The notes under the pieces were generated by a model. It saw only the letters and a list, made by a program, of their open reading frames with translations. It was not told where the DNA came from and made no database searches. Of a stretch of 64,000 bases of DNA, positions 24,601-39,600 are shown one piece after another. The translations under genes and the position numbers were made by a program. The first letter of the stretch is position 1. Each line of letters starts with the position of its first letter. This DNA comes from Owenia fusiformis (taxonomy: Eukaryota). The stretch spans positions 15,624,001-15,688,000 of the forward strand of contig CAIIXF020000001.1 in NCBI GenBank assembly GCA_903813345.2, read 5' to 3'.

Positions 24601-27600
24601 TAATGCATAGATTGATAAATATTAATAATTCCATCTATAAGTGATGATAAATGATTTACATCTTGTGAGATAATGACTAGATTCTTGACTACAAAATGGT
24701 GTGGAGGTTAGGCCCTCACTGCAATAAATACAATACATAGGAATAATATGGCAAATTATTATACTGCAGTCAACCGTTCCAGGTCAAATTGCCTTTTCAT
24801 GAACATTTTGTACAACAGAGCAGCCCACTGTCTCTGAATTGATCTTGAATGCATTAGGCTTATAAATAAAAGTAACTCATTGTCAGTGTTTGTTCTTATA
24901 TGTGGTGTTAAAATATCAGTTACAGTTCTATAAAAATATGTTCTCAAGTTGGAATAATGTTTACATTGGACAGCAAAATGAATTTCATCTTCAACAAAGT
25001 TACCATCACATAATTTACATGTACGATCATTTAGTGCTGTATTTGACCAACGACCTGTCTCAATGTGAAGTGGGAGGCTACCTGTTCTCAGTCTAGCAAG
25101 AATGGTTCTGTGATGCCTTGGAATGTATTCAGACACATATGGTCAATGCACTAAATTGGATTAGCTTGTAGCCTCGATAATAGATGTTCCACTTACCAGG
25201 AATATGTAATGGCACCTCTAATGCTAATTCTGCTACTTCTGGTACATCTTCATAAGCACCTCTGCTATTGACTAGTGTCTGCAAGTAAAACAGTGGATAA
25301 TTATGACCAACAAGATACCTTGATAGTCTTCTGCTTAAGACATTTATTGTACAATTATCATTATCTTAAGTTTTTTATTGGATAATAAATCTCTATTTTG
25401 AAGTAGAAGATGAAACAACCAATGTCAGCTCATTCTGAGAAAATCTCCAACAAAATAATTTTTAATAACTAGAAAACAGCAACTCCACAGAGTAGCAAAT
25501 TCCACTTAACAAAACATTTTGATAATAAGTGGCCATCTTGAAAGTTTCTTCTTGAACAGAACATATAAAATTACCAAATCCAGCCCACTGATACTTGAGT
25601 ATCAAAGATTATGTTTTTTCTGAAAAATGGCAGCCGTTTTGATATTCAGCACCATCTTGAAAATTCTTTCTCAAACAGAGCTTCTGTGTCCCTGGGCATC
25701 AGCATATAAAATTTGACCCGAATTCGTTCACTGGTATTTGAGTTATCATTACGTTTTATTTTTACTAAAAATGGCCACCATTTTGAAATGTATCAGCCAT
25801 CTTGAAAATCTCTTTGGACAGATTGCTTTCCTATATCCCTCTCGCACCTCGTTCGGTGGGATAAAAAGATAAGATTCCAGAGAATTAGCTGAAAATGTAC
25901 CTTAGGTCTACTGGGCCCCTTCAGGTAGTTAGGATTGTTCTCTTGCTCCATTTTCCGTGCTTCCCTTTGCTAGAAACAACAAAAGTGTAAATACAGAAAT
26001 AACTCCAAGAACCAGTCATGACAGAAATTAGAGAATACAGAGGACAAATTTATCATTATGCCCCCGTGTCTCATTATTAAAAGTCTTTGTTAAAAAAATC
26101 TGCAAGAATTTGTTTTCCCAAAATTGTATGTCAAGAAATAAAGTCAACAAACACAAGGCATTGGTTCTTTACAAGATTCTAAAATTAACTACATGGTATT
26201 TTCAGATACCCTGTATGAAGATTGGGATATGGCCCCTTACCTTAGATAATTCCTCTGCAGTAGGTTGATAAGACTTCTTCTCTTCAGACTGGAAGTTGGA
26301 CCTGTGTTCATCTGATGGCATGAATATATTGGGAGTTGGCCCCTCATCTTCTGAGCTTTCTGAGGGCGGATCATTAATCCATTTGTCTAAATTTAACCTA
26401 AAAGTTCAAAACAATTCATTGGTTAAATCTACCATAAGACTGCCTGCAAATATGGTAAAATATATATAGGGCTTTCAAGCACTAATAGCAAGAGGACATT
26501 TATTGTGGACAGCTCATAATCATTTTGTTGTTTACAATAGGACTTCTTGCATATTCCTCACTGAACTATAATTTATTGAAATTTATGGGAGATTATTCAA
26601 TGCATTCACAATGGCTAGAATAACAAGGCATTAACATGCAAAATGTCACCATCTGCCATTTATTACATACACCAAACACCAACCGCTGTTCACAAAAAGT
26701 TCGAGACCGACTATAACTTGATGGTAGTGGTAGTGACATAAAAATCTGAGAGTTAACAATGCCAAACCATACATTGATATCTTACCCTTCAGGGACTGGC
26801 ACTTTCTTCTGTGCTTTTGCAGCTACGGGGTTTAGTTCCCCTGCAAAGAGTGCAGATACCTCTTCCCCTACAGCTACTCCCTTGTCTTGAAGCTTCACCA
26901 CATACTTCATTAGTTGTAATATACAGCAAGCCTAAAACAGAAGTTCAAGTAAAATATGTGAACCAGCCAGTAAAATTGAAGCCACAAACAATGTATGAAA
27001 ACAAACACAATCTTTTTTGTTCAGTTCCAGCTAGTCAAAGGAAATGATGGTCTGGCCCAGGGAAGTCTAGCTGACCTAGATGGGTGAATCAGATGTTTTT
27101 GAATGTCCTACTAATTTCAGAACCAATGGCATCTCAAATGTACATATTCCAGTCCACCCTGATCTATTTATAGTCATAATAGATTAAGACTCACCCTCTC
27201 CTGCACTTCTAAATCAGCACTCTGAACAAACAGGGGTAGTTTCTCTATAATAAGTTGTGCTGCCTCTTTAGAGTCATCGAGGTTCTCATCAGCTTCCCCC
27301 TTCACCAGGATGCTGGAGTATAGCTTGATGAGGTTCTGGACATAGATGCTCTGTATGTGACCTGGTAGCTGAGTCACCTTGGGCCGCAGCATGGATTCTA
27401 GTGTCTGCTTGGAGTTGGGCAGATGCCTGTTATGTAATGTTCACATATTACTGTCCTTGGAAATGATATTTCTAGTGGCTTCAAGTGAACACTTTAATCA
27501 TTTGGGGTTCGAAATGGTAGTGTTCACAGAATATTCAAGATAACATTAAATTGAAGCTTGTCAGAATTTAACATAATAATGTCTTATGGTGCAACTATAT

Positions 27601-30600
27601 TCTCTGAATTTGGCGCAAAATGATAATCTCATCTTTCATGATCATTCTAATTTCAACTGTTTCCAAATGACTTAAATTTGAAACTCTCAATTGATGTGCT
27701 CTGATCATATAGTATATAATCCCAGTACTTACTCTGAGAACTCTCCGCAGATCCAAGCTGCAGCATATAGAACTTCACATATACCATTCCTCTGGGAGTT
27801 GTTGGTCAGCAAGTGAGCATTGTCTAACAGTGTAGCCTGGAAGCAATGTAACTCTCATCAAAACAAGACAAAAACTGTATGCTAACATATTCAGCATGAG
27901 AAAGTTGATTCGGTGTAAATAAATGTGGACAATATACATCTACATGTAGTATATTGCACATCTTCATTGCTGTGATAAGGTCAATAGAAAGTACAATGTA
28001 CTAAGTACTCAAGAACAGCTATCATTTATTGTATATAACTTGTGGTTGAATAAGCTAGGCTAATGGACATACCATTTGTGCAACAGCAAAGGGTCTGATG
28101 GCTTGTACACGTATGGCCACATCTAACATTTGTGAGGCTATGATCTTCCCATGTCTCGTACCTTCTAGTCTGGTTAGTTCTACCAACACACTCACATACC
28201 TATAAGTAATTACAGCAGAAGTTTTCAAAGAAATTAATGTCAATGTTGTGGTCGATGCTTACACTGTAACTCAGTGCACAACAAGAACAACTAAAATTGA
28301 AAAGATACAAACTTCCAAGTATTTCTCGTGTCAATTTGCCATATTTCAGAAAGTACAGGAGACTAATGCAGCATAGCAAACAACAATATTTAAATATTTT
28401 TCCAAATCCAAATTCCAAAAAATCTGAACAATTTAACTATTCCAGTTAAATACTCATGTGGCCACTCTGTAAACAACATATAATGTAACCTACCATTCGA
28501 AATTTGTTATAAACTGGTAGTTAGACTGACTGCATATCTCTATGATCTTAGCCAGCAGTTCATCTCTATAGTTAGAGCCCTCTGCTTTGTCCATATGGAC
28601 CATCAACTTCTTCACTATTTCCATGAGGTTCTTCTTGGACACCTGAGCAAAACAAGAAATATTTTTTAGTACTGATACCTAGCGAAGCATTTGTATGGAA
28701 GTCAATGGAGCTGAAGGTCGGCTATGTATTCCTGTATGGCCACCAAACATTTTACCATGACAATCTTATGACGTCATGTTTCATTTCTTCCAAATTTCCC
28801 TCGCACACAGGCGTGTGACGTCATTGATATAATGTAGCCATGGAAATAAAAGGTATTCAGTCTGTTGTAATATATTGATGACAGACCTCAGGCATATATT
28901 CAATGATAGGGACAATCAACTGCTAAATTAATATGTTACTTCTGAAACTATAGTTCTCCACTAAATAGTTTAGAAGCTATTTTAAAGAGAAATGACTTCA
29001 TATCTAATTCTTTATTTTGTTAAATAAATGAATTCAAGGACCCCTTTAGTAAAAATGTTACAGACCACAATTCCTGAATTTCAGGTAGTTCTCAAATATC
29101 AAAAGATACAATAGTCACAGTATTGCTGAGAAATGGCCACTATTGTAGCACTGTTGTGAGAAACATTTCAATTCATGATCTAAATTTGGTTTTTAACAAA
29201 CATGAGTTTACGTCTACGTGAACTTACCATGCCATACAGAAGATCCAGGGCACGGAGGCGTATTGACTCATCTTTGTCATCAAGACATTGTAGGACTAGG
29301 TCTTTGTGAGCCTGAACACTCTTAGGATGAGTCTTCAGGATACGGGACATGGCCAGTAAACCAAGATACTTCACTATAATGTAACAATAATACATGTGGT
29401 TTTAAGGTGGGCTGGAAAGACAATGTGAGATGTAAGCTATTTACCAAGATTAATTAATTAACTTTGCCTCAGGCTGAAGAGTTGGATAACACAAATATTC
29501 ATTTTGATTGAACACCCCCTCTCATTATTTCAGGAACATCTACATTACATGCAAGACAACTTCATCATTTTGATGGAACACAATTTTGATGCAACTGTCA
29601 AGGATGCTCTGTAGACTAATGTTGTCGCGATTTATCGATACATGTGATACTCATCGCCAAAAGTAATTCTGGCGATGCATCGATGTCTCAAACAAAACAT
29701 CAATGTTTTTACTAAAAAATAAATCTGCTAAAATCACCTTTTCCTATCTCATTTTCATGCAAATGTCATACCTTTTTCATTCTTTAGTTCATCTTCCAAT
29801 ACTCTCTCACATGCTTTCACTTTAAAAATGTTTTAGCTTAGATTGAAATGAAACAATAACCTTCATTTTTACATTTATTTACACACGTGACCAACCCGAA
29901 GTATCGTACTATTATTTATTTGTTGTATTCAGAATTTCATTTATTTTATAATGCAGTAAATTTGGTCAGATTTTTCCCGATGTACATCGCAATGTGCATC
30001 GATCTTTACTATTGAAGTCGCGACAACACTTATGTTGACTGCAGACATGTGGAGATATAGTAAGGGAACATGGAGCAAAGCGGCCCTGTGGGGCAAAAAG
30101 GCCCATTGAAATATAATTCGAATGATTAAAAGATGGCTCTTCAAAAGTCACGTGATTGACCTTGAAAATTTGAGCCTCCTTTTCAACCGCCATTTTTAAA
30201 CATAGGAGCATCTAGCCTTACGTAAGAGGTAATTATATTTTTTAACACTCTTTTTTGAAAATTACCCCTCCCACAAAAATCTCTGAAAAATTGTGCAACA
30301 ATGGAGAATCATTTTAAATCAAGATTTAACATAGAGTATGTATATTTATTCCTTATTTGTCAAAATCTCAATATCCAAATCTTAGGGTAGTTAAAATGGC
30401 GTCTATTTGAAAAATCACGTGACAGTGGCCCTGTGGGCCGTTTTGCCCCACAGGGACGTTTTGGTATGAAAGAGGTATTTGAAATTCTTTGTTTAAACAT
30501 GGGGTACATGGTTGTTTTTGAACTCGGAAGCAATTATTGACAAGAATTCATGTTTGCATTGTTGATTATACCATAGTCGATATTCACTTTTATTCAGACG

Positions 30601-33600
30601 TTATCAACCAGATTGTCTACAGCCGCTCCTTATAATATAATTGGACCATGTGACTAAATTCCATATACTGATATATCAGATCAGGAAAGTGTTTAAAGGG
30701 TGACGCATATCGTTTAGCAAATCGAACGCTCGTTTCTGGTGTTGCTCACCGTTTAGTATAAAAGGCCCGATCCCGGAATAATACTCAAGGGTTCACAGGT
30801 TCGAGCTCGTTGTGTCAACACCTCTAACTGTTATATAGCATAAGTATATTATAGATCGTCACACATTTATAAAAGGGTGATTTTTATTTTGACAAATCAA
30901 TTCCACATTTATGGGTGAAGTTTCAGGATCTTCTATTTGTGTACAATAAGGAAAAATTGGCATCTAAATTTCCCCATAACGTAATAGCACACAGCTTGGC
31001 ATATGAAATATCCTACAAATGAAACAAAGCAAGACAAACCGGTTTCTAATACAAGGATTTATATTGGCTGTTGTACATGTATTCTTTGAACGCAATCACT
31101 TTTTGGATAACGTTTTCAAAATCATTAAAAACGGATTACTTTATCTCAAAGACAATTTCAATAAACTGGATTTTACAGAACTCCCCTTATTTCTTAAAAA
31201 TGGACTGATCCAGTTGATTCGCCTGGAGCCGCCATATTGTTTTTATACGGGATGCTAATCGGAACCCTTTAAGGAGTAAATAATAAACATTTATAACACA
31301 TTTGCAATAACGCACATGCGAGTAGGTAGTTACCAGTTTCACCACTAGGTGGCTCGCTCGGGTCAGATAGCATGGCGGGTAAAGTAGAAAGTTCCCTTTA
31401 ACTTAAATTAAATCTGTTTTAGTGGTTTGATTTTCATATCACCCTTATGTATCTAATAGTTATGCAAATTAAAATATCTCCAATAAAGGAAAATGATATC
31501 CGTCTAATACAAGAAAAATTATTTCAGTTTTTGTGATTTTGTAACATGGGGTCTATGGGGAATCAACCCGAACTAGAAAAAAAAATTAAATTTTCAAAGT
31601 TGATAAACAATTTTCGAAACCATATTTCTAGATGTACTTTTACATGTAGATTCCAAATATGACATCAATTTGACTGAATTTCGAATATTTAATGATGTAA
31701 GTAAAGATTATTTCTACTCACATCTACTCTATTGCTTATAGGGCTAGAGATGGTACATGAGTACAAAAGAAAAACAAATATAGGAGACCACGGGATAACC
31801 TTGCTAGAGCAGTACGGGCAATGAGACAAGGAATGGCAAGTCGTGTAGCATCACAAACCTTTAACATCCCAAGGATGACATTGAGAAGGTAACTATTTTA
31901 TTCCATATTATCTGTTGTATTCCATACCTACTGTGGTTCTAGGTACATAATAACGAGCGGGAATATTTAGGGTAAGCCATCTTGGGAGCTATCGCCAAGG
32001 TCTGAACCAGGATGGACACAGGCTTTATCCATCCCAGTCCAGCTCCTGAAAGGTGAACTCTGTTTACGTTTTACTCAATTTAAAAACTATATTTCAAACT
32101 AATGCTACTTTTTCATGAAGTTCAAAAATTAAAAAAACGTACTTTCGCCTTGGGTACGCATTTTCTTAGTCTTAAAAAGTAGATTTTAAGTTTGTGAAAT
32201 TTTCACAATCTTATATTGCTGGAGCAGATTAATGAATTGATATTTTCCCTGGAGATATAGAGATTATCCTATATGAGGTTCAGTATATTTCGATTATCCC
32301 GAGGACAATATAATATATCTGCCCGAGGGGCGTATGTACCTGAAACAAAATATGGGATAAGTAGATTTATCCCATACTTGGACGTGTTACAGGTACATAA
32401 AGCCGGTTTGTAAAAACTTATATTTTCATCAGCGGGCAGATATAGCTTTACGTCCCGCTCTGAGCAGGCAGATATAGTATATCTGCCTGCTACGTCATAA
32501 TCACTGCTCGCATATTTGTTCATAATTTGTAACCTTCGTGTAATGACTGTAAACGACAATCTGGAGAAAACAAAGACAATAGAGATCTGTTTTATTGTTT
32601 AAGGAGCATCCACTTAATCAATCAAAAATTATAAAAATAATATGGGAATATTTGACAGAACAGGAAAATCCACCCACGGCCAAGAAAACAAAATTGGACA
32701 TGAATATTCTAAAATATTTCCACGATTGAACAATGTGAACCAGATGACCAAGATTGGTATGGGATAAACATATTATCCTATAGTCGGTTCAGGATATTGG
32801 GATTATCCCTTGGCCAATATAATATATTTTCCCTCGGGACCTGCGACCCTCGGGCAAATATATTATATTTGCCTCTGTATAATCCCAATATCCTGAACCT
32901 CATATAGGATAATCTCTATATATCCCCAGGATAAACTCTATATCCAAAACCTCTTAAAAAATAACTCTTATATATTGCATACTAGGCCCTAGTATGCAAT
33001 ATATAAAAGTTATTTTCTAAGAGGTTTTGGATACAGAGGTTTTTCTGGGGATATATTTACTTATAGGGTAATTATTTGTAGCATAGACTTATCATTGAAA
33101 ATACATTGTCACGTTATAAAGTGACATTTTGTATTAATTAGGGACTTTGTATCTTTCTATTTTCAGGCACAAAGCCTTGAATGTATCGACTCCTGGCTCA
33201 GTGACATCAGGGCGATTTATACCAGTGTTTCATCAATGATTTGAAGCTCAACTAGCGACCAATATCATAACTCTTCAACGACATCTCCATGGGATAACCC
33301 CTGTCCAGACGAGGGCGTTAGCCTTCGATTTGGCTGAACACAAGGGAATCCAACACCCGTTCAATAAAGAAAATAAGATGGCCGGGAGAGACTTGCTGGC
33401 GCGCTTTCTTTCACGCACCTCTCTGAGTATAAGGAAACCGCAGCCTACTTCTTTTAACAGAGCAAACGGGTTTACCAAGGAAGCTGTAAAGAACTTCTTC
33501 CAAATATATGAGGAAGAACTTCATGAACATCCAGAAATTCGCGCCGACCCTACACGAATCTATAACATGGATGAGAGTGGTATATCTATTGTACATCGGC

Positions 33601-36600
33601 CAGAATGTGTTCCCATGATGGGGTCACGGCAAGTGGAAAAGCTAACTTCTGGCGAGCAAGGCAGAACGGTTACTACAAGTGTTTATGAATGCCGCTGCAC
33701 TGATTTACGGTCAGCGCAAAGCCATTCCACCAAGAATGATGATTGGTGCGCCAGCGAATACTCTGTTTTTGTGTAATGACAGTGGGTGGATGACAAAGGA
33801 TTTGTTCCCTTTGGTGTTGGAGCAACACGCTCAGTACGCTAAGTCTACACCAGCGAGGAAAACAATCCTTATATGAGATGGACATGATCTCATATCAGTT
33901 TAGCGTCAATTCTGAAAGCCAGGGAATTGGGAATAGTGATGATAATGCTACCTCCACACACTACCCATAAAATGCAGCCTCTTGATCGAGTTTTCTTCGG
34001 GCCATTGAAAGCAAGATTAGACACCGAATGCGATAGGTTTATGGCAGACAATCCAGGCGTTCCAATTACACCTTATGAACTTGCTGCACTCTTTGGACAA
34101 GCTTACAGGAGAGTATCGACCCCCGATAAAGGCCCGAGCGGATTCCATGTAACAGGACTGTATCCCTACAATCCCAATATTTTTGAAGATGACAATTTTG
34201 CATACAACGATGATGCATATGTAGATGGCAATACCCCCCCCCCCCTAAAAAAACTTTCTACGGTGAAAGGTGTAATGCCTCCTGCTAAAGATGATAACGT
34301 TAGTGTCCACCAACATGATCTGTCATCAGTGAAAGGCGTAGTGTCTCCCGGAGCATCAAATGCATCCCCCTATCTAATTCTTTGCCCTGAGTTCCGGAGC
34401 CCCTGACAACAGCAATGATCAACACCATGCCTTCTATTGAAGAGAACTAACGTCACGCTACAAACAGAATCACTCCTTCAAATACGAGTCTGTCAGATGG
34501 CAAACAGCCGCATCAGTTTTCCTTCTTTAGAAACACCAGTCAAGAGAGCAATTCTTCCGGGATAAATACAAACGTGTTTTACAAGAAGGCCAACACCAAC
34601 AAAGATGAAAACATCCATTTTGCAAGTGTTCTTGCTGATTTGTCACCTATACCGGCAAAACGAAAGCAATCTAAATACAGCGATAGGAGGGGAAAGGCGT
34701 TAATTGTCACGAGTTCGCCATTCAAAAAACAACGGGAAGAAAAGAAAGAAAAGAAAAAGTACAAGAAATGAACAAAGAACAAAGCGCAAAGAAGAAGCTT
34801 ATGCTGAGCTCTAGCATAACGGATAAAGCTAGCACAACAGGGCACTGAGAAATACAGTGACCCACCAACTGAAGATTGAGTGCAGTGTCCCTCCTGTAAA
34901 GAATGGATGCATGAAGCATGCAAAGATCCAGACTCAATCTGTTGTGACTTTTGCAAAGTCTAGTTTGTGAGACTCAACCATGCATGATCAGCAGCATCGA
35001 TACAATTCCATTACAAATTTGTTACAATAAATAATGTTTTGAATCCTGAACTGAAGTTTTAGTTGCTGGTTTGAAACACTCAGAATAGAACGAGGAGGTG
35101 ACAGTTTAAAACCCCTGCAACATCTGACAACATTTCACTTATAAAATACTTTGCATCAAGGAGTGAAAAAACATATAATGGTAGTAATTCCTGGAAATAT
35201 ATAAGAACAAGTGATTTTCAAATACAAGGATTTAAACATTTGGTTTGTAGCTTATTCCCCTCCAACACGTATCATGACTAGTATTGTTGTTATGGTTAAG
35301 AATTCACTGCCTGTACGTTTAACTGTTTAGAAGTTAAGATAAGATTTGTGTGGACGAGTCGTATAATTGATTAATCTTGATTTTAAAACCCACGTATGAA
35401 AGGTGGGCCGTTTTGGCCCAACCATGGGCCTTTTTGCCCCACTCTCTAAATTATCTTTGATCGCTGAAATATTCAAGAAGTCTTAGACTCGTCTAGAACA
35501 CTCGAAAAATGTAAAATACAACACAATGATAAAATGAGACATCAAGGAGCGCGATGACTGACGAATAAGAAATGCCTCTGAACGGAAGAAATTCGAATTT
35601 TATTTTGAGGGCAGCTTTGCCCCATGTTCCCTTACAGTGTAGTTAAGTTCAGGTACTTACAATTCTGGTCCGAGTCTTCAATGAGAATTCTCAACTTCTG
35701 AACACACAGCTAAAAGAAAACATAAAAATACTACTATAAACAATGGGGCACATCTCTGGCTCAATTAATGTACTTATACAAATATGTAATATATTTTGTA
35801 ATTATCAATTTGAAAATCATGTATTTTGAATTCTTAAAAGAAGAAGTCATATTACAACTACTATTCTTAAGTTAACTATAATGTGCAAAATAAAGTCTAG
35901 TAAATACAACATATTGTTCAATATAGACTGCGGACTATTCTGTAGAAGTGCTCTAGAAATGGATCTCGCTTTTCATGGAAGGTCACACATTCCAACATAT
36001 TTCAAACAATTTGTATGATTATAATAGACACTTTCTGGGTAGTTGGACTTTATGTAGGGGTGGCAGAAGGCCCTCAGGCCAATTTATACCCCTACCACAA
36101 CAAAACCTTGGGGGTACTTTAATACCACCCAATAAAAATAATACTAATGCATATCAGATATTCATCGTTTTATAGTGGGTAGGGCATGCCATGGTTAGTC
36201 AGTGCCAGAAATTTCCAATCTCTGACTTATATGGTTACCATGGAAACAGTATTTATATCTCACAATCTTCTCAATTTGACCCCGTCCCAAATGTGTCCTT
36301 AAGTTCTCAAAGTGAAATATTTGCAAATCTGTTTGGATTTTGTGGCTGCAACTTTGTCAAAATTTGAATTAATATGTATGTATTCACACTATAGCACTAA
36401 AAACTTGATATAATGATCTCATAAATTATAATATTTATCAAATGTAGTCACACACAACTGCTTTTAGGGAAAAGTGGGCGTGGCACTTTTTGGTACCTGT
36501 GTAATTGTTGCAGCATTAAATGAAAAATACTTATTACACTAACAACAATTGACATTTAATTAGCATCTACTAACATTGTGTAACATTGTAGTATGTTCAT

Positions 36601-39600
36601 TATCATTATTAGATACTTTAAATATTTTATATAAGTGTTATCATGACCCTTCCCTATCATAGGTCATTAAAACAAGGCATTAACATGACAAAATGTCACC
36701 ACCTAAAACAATTTGGTCAATTTAAAGCAAGTTGGAAAATACCTTTTGACCTTAAGAAGGTTTGATTTGAACTTCTTAGAACATGTAGATGATTTTGAAA
36801 AAAAAATTCGTCAATTTGAAGCAAGTTGAAAAAATACCTCTTTGACTTTTTTTGACATTGAGAAGGTCATTGAAGGTCAAATGTAAAGTCAGATTTGAAC
36901 TTCTGAGAACATTTAGATGATTTTGAAAAAAAAATTAAGTAAATTTGAATCAAGTTGAAAAAAGACTTTTTTGACCTTGAAAAGGTCATTGAAGGTCAAA
37001 TGTCAAATCTAAAGTCAGATTTGAACTTCTGAGAACATGTAGATGATTTTGAAAAAAAATTAGTCAATCTGAAGCAAGTTGAAAAAAGACCTTTTTGACC
37101 TTGAGAAGGTCATTGAAGGTCAAAGGTCAAATCTAAAGTCAGATTTGAACTTCTGAGAACTTGTAAAGTCAAATTTGAACTTCTGAAAAGATGTAGATGA
37201 TTTTGGAAAAAAAATTTGGTCAATTTGAAGCAAGTTGAAAACAGACCTTTTTGACCTTTTTTGACCTTGAGAAGGTCATTAAAGGTCAAATGTCAAACCT
37301 AAAGTCAGATTTGAAGTTCTGAGAACATGTAGATGATTTTGAAAAAAAAATTAGTCAATTTGAAGCAAGTTGAAAAAAGACCTTTTTGACCTTTTTTGAC
37401 CTTGAGAAGGTCATTGAAGGTCAAATGTCAAATCTAAAGTCATATTTGAATTTCTGAGAACATGTAGATGATTTTGAAAAAAAATTTAGTCAATTTGAAG
37501 CAAGATGAAAAAATACCTTTTTGACCTTTTTTGACATTGAGAAGGTCATTGAAGGTCAAATGTCAAATCTAAAGTCAGATTTGAATTCCTGAGAACACGT
37601 AGATGATTTTGAAAAAATTTTTAGTCAATTTGAAGCAAGTTGAAAACAGACCTTTTTTGACCTTGAGAAGGTCATTGAAGGTCAAATGTCAAATCTTAAG
37701 TCAGATTTGAATTTCTGAGAACACGTAGATGATTTTGAAAAAAAATTTAGTCAATTTGAAGCAAGTTGAAAACAGACCTTTTTGACCTTTTTTGACCTTG
37801 AGAAGGTCATTAAAGGTCAAATGTCAAATCTAAAGTCAGATTTGAATTTCTGAGAACATGTAGATGATTTTGAAAAAAAGAATTAGTCAATTTAAAGCAA
37901 GTTGAAAAAAGACCTTTTTGACTTTTTTTTACCTTGAGAAGGTCATTGAAGGTCAAATGTCAAATCTTAAGTCAAATCTAAAGTCATATTTGAATTTCTG
38001 AGAACATGTAGATGATTTTGAAAAAAAAATTTAGTCAATTTGAAGCAAGATGAAAAAATACCTTTTTGACCTTTTTTGACATTGAGAAGGTCATTGAAGG
38101 TCAAATGTCAAATCTAAAGTCAGATTTGAATTTCTGAGAACATGTAGATGATTTTGAAAAAAAATTTTAGTCAATTTGAAGCAAGTTGAAAACAGACCTT
38201 TTTGACCTTTTTTGACCTTGAGAAGGTCATTGAAGGTCAAATGTCAAATCTAAAGTCAGATTTGAAGGTCAAATGTCAAATCTAAAGTCAGATTTGAATT
38301 TCTGAGAACATGTAGATGATTTTGAAAAAAAATTTAGTCAATGTGAAGCAAGTTGAAAAAAGACCTTTTTGACCTTGAGAAGGTCATTGAAGGTCAAATG
38401 TCAAATCTAAAGTCAGATTTGAACTTCTGAGAACATGTAGATGATTTAGAAAAAAATTGAAGTCAGTCTAAACAGTATTTGTTAAGTTATAGGAAGTTGT
38501 AAGAAATTGTTACAGACGCCAACCGCCGGACGCCAACCTCCAACCTCCAACCGCCGGACGCCGTCGCAAAAAAACGGAGACCATAACAATATGTCACCAC
38601 TTTTGGTGGTGACATAATTAACTCTTAAGTCCTAGAGGTCCTTAGTCTTTTTAGCTTGTCAAAGTTGTATTCATTGACTTGAAGCTAGAATATAAATAGT
38701 TTCATTGATCAAGAGCTATGAGTTAAAATTGATTAATACATTTGTCAGGGTTAGAGCCATTTTATGCAATTGAAAAGTAATGGACCAACACTGATCAGTA
38801 CCAAGTGAAGGTAACGGCCGTAACCTTCGCATCTAAGATGGCGGACAGTAATTGTCGATTTTGATATTTTTAATTTTCATTGAATTAAACTATTTTAGAG
38901 TTGATGTTATGCTTTGACATTTGCACCAAATCAGGCTTAAATGACATTGGAACCATAGATGTAGTAAACATGAATAAACGATATGTGAAATGTTATGCCC
39001 TGCCTTAATACATAACTAATATTTTCTCGGATAAATGGTGTCTTACAATTGACTAACTGATTCTATTATCAACATCAGGTAATGCATGATCTATCCAATG
39101 GATTAACGAAAATACTTGATTCCAATATGGCAAAATAAATTATTCCATATATGAATTGCATAGTGCATCATTTTGCAGATATTACATAATGCATTCATTG
39201 ACTCATGGTCAACAAGGTACGGGTAAAACTCCTTTTAGTATTTCACAAAATAATGAAATATAAACAATTTACATATTTCTGAAATGATGTACCTTTAGTG
39301 ATTCCTTCGACCTGGAAAGTGGTTTGTTATGTTAAAACTTAAAATAATATCTAAACAAATCTGTTTAGTGTATAAAAACAATAAAAGTTAATATTAAATA
39401 TTATTAGACACATGAATATAACCTAAAATAAGAAATCTTGTTCTCGTATTCCATTTTAAAATTGGTTGAATGATTTTGGCACAGTAGAAATGATGGTCAT
39501 GATTAAATATTATATGTAATATGCCCTGATGCTGTAACATCAATGGTCCTTTATAATCAGGTATGACTGAAATACTGGACAAGATCTTATAAGGTTACAG

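Larger units (their letters stand above)
31750..34963 (+). pseudogene. Two-exon pogo-family DDE transposase pseudogene (HTH-psq, CENP-B-like, DDE, PHD-like)
   Basis: Exon 1 31750-31888 (MVHEYKRKT...RAVRAMRQGMASRVASQTFNIPRMTLR); intron gtaac...tttcag; exon 2 from 33167 with LSIRKPQPTSFNRANGF, IYNMDESG, SGWMT, I*DGH, LPPHTTHKMQPLDRVFFGPLK and terminal VQCPSCKEWMHEAC...CDFC*. Multiple frameshifts and stops. Confidence 0.85.
30058..35637 (+). mobile_element. Decayed pogo-like (Tc1/mariner superfamily) DNA transposon in AP3D1 intron 11
   Basis: TIRs gtaagggaacatggagcaaagcggccct / agggcagctttgccccatgttcccttac; flanks TA / TG; subterminal gggccgttttg repeats; encloses a DDE transposase pseudogene. 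Confidence 0.85.

Noticed and set aside
24759-25136. Additional AP3D1 exon or nested gene
   Set aside because: Matches a LINE ORF2 C-terminus with its own tail; AP3D1 exons 20 and 21 join in frame without it.
33330-34406. Domesticated CENP-B/TIGD-like host gene
   Set aside because: Frameshifts, a stop beside the second catalytic Asp motif and retained TIRs indicate a dead transposon.
36712-38460. CRISPR-like array
   Set aside because: Head-to-tail units with no unique spacers, no cas genes, eukaryotic intron context.
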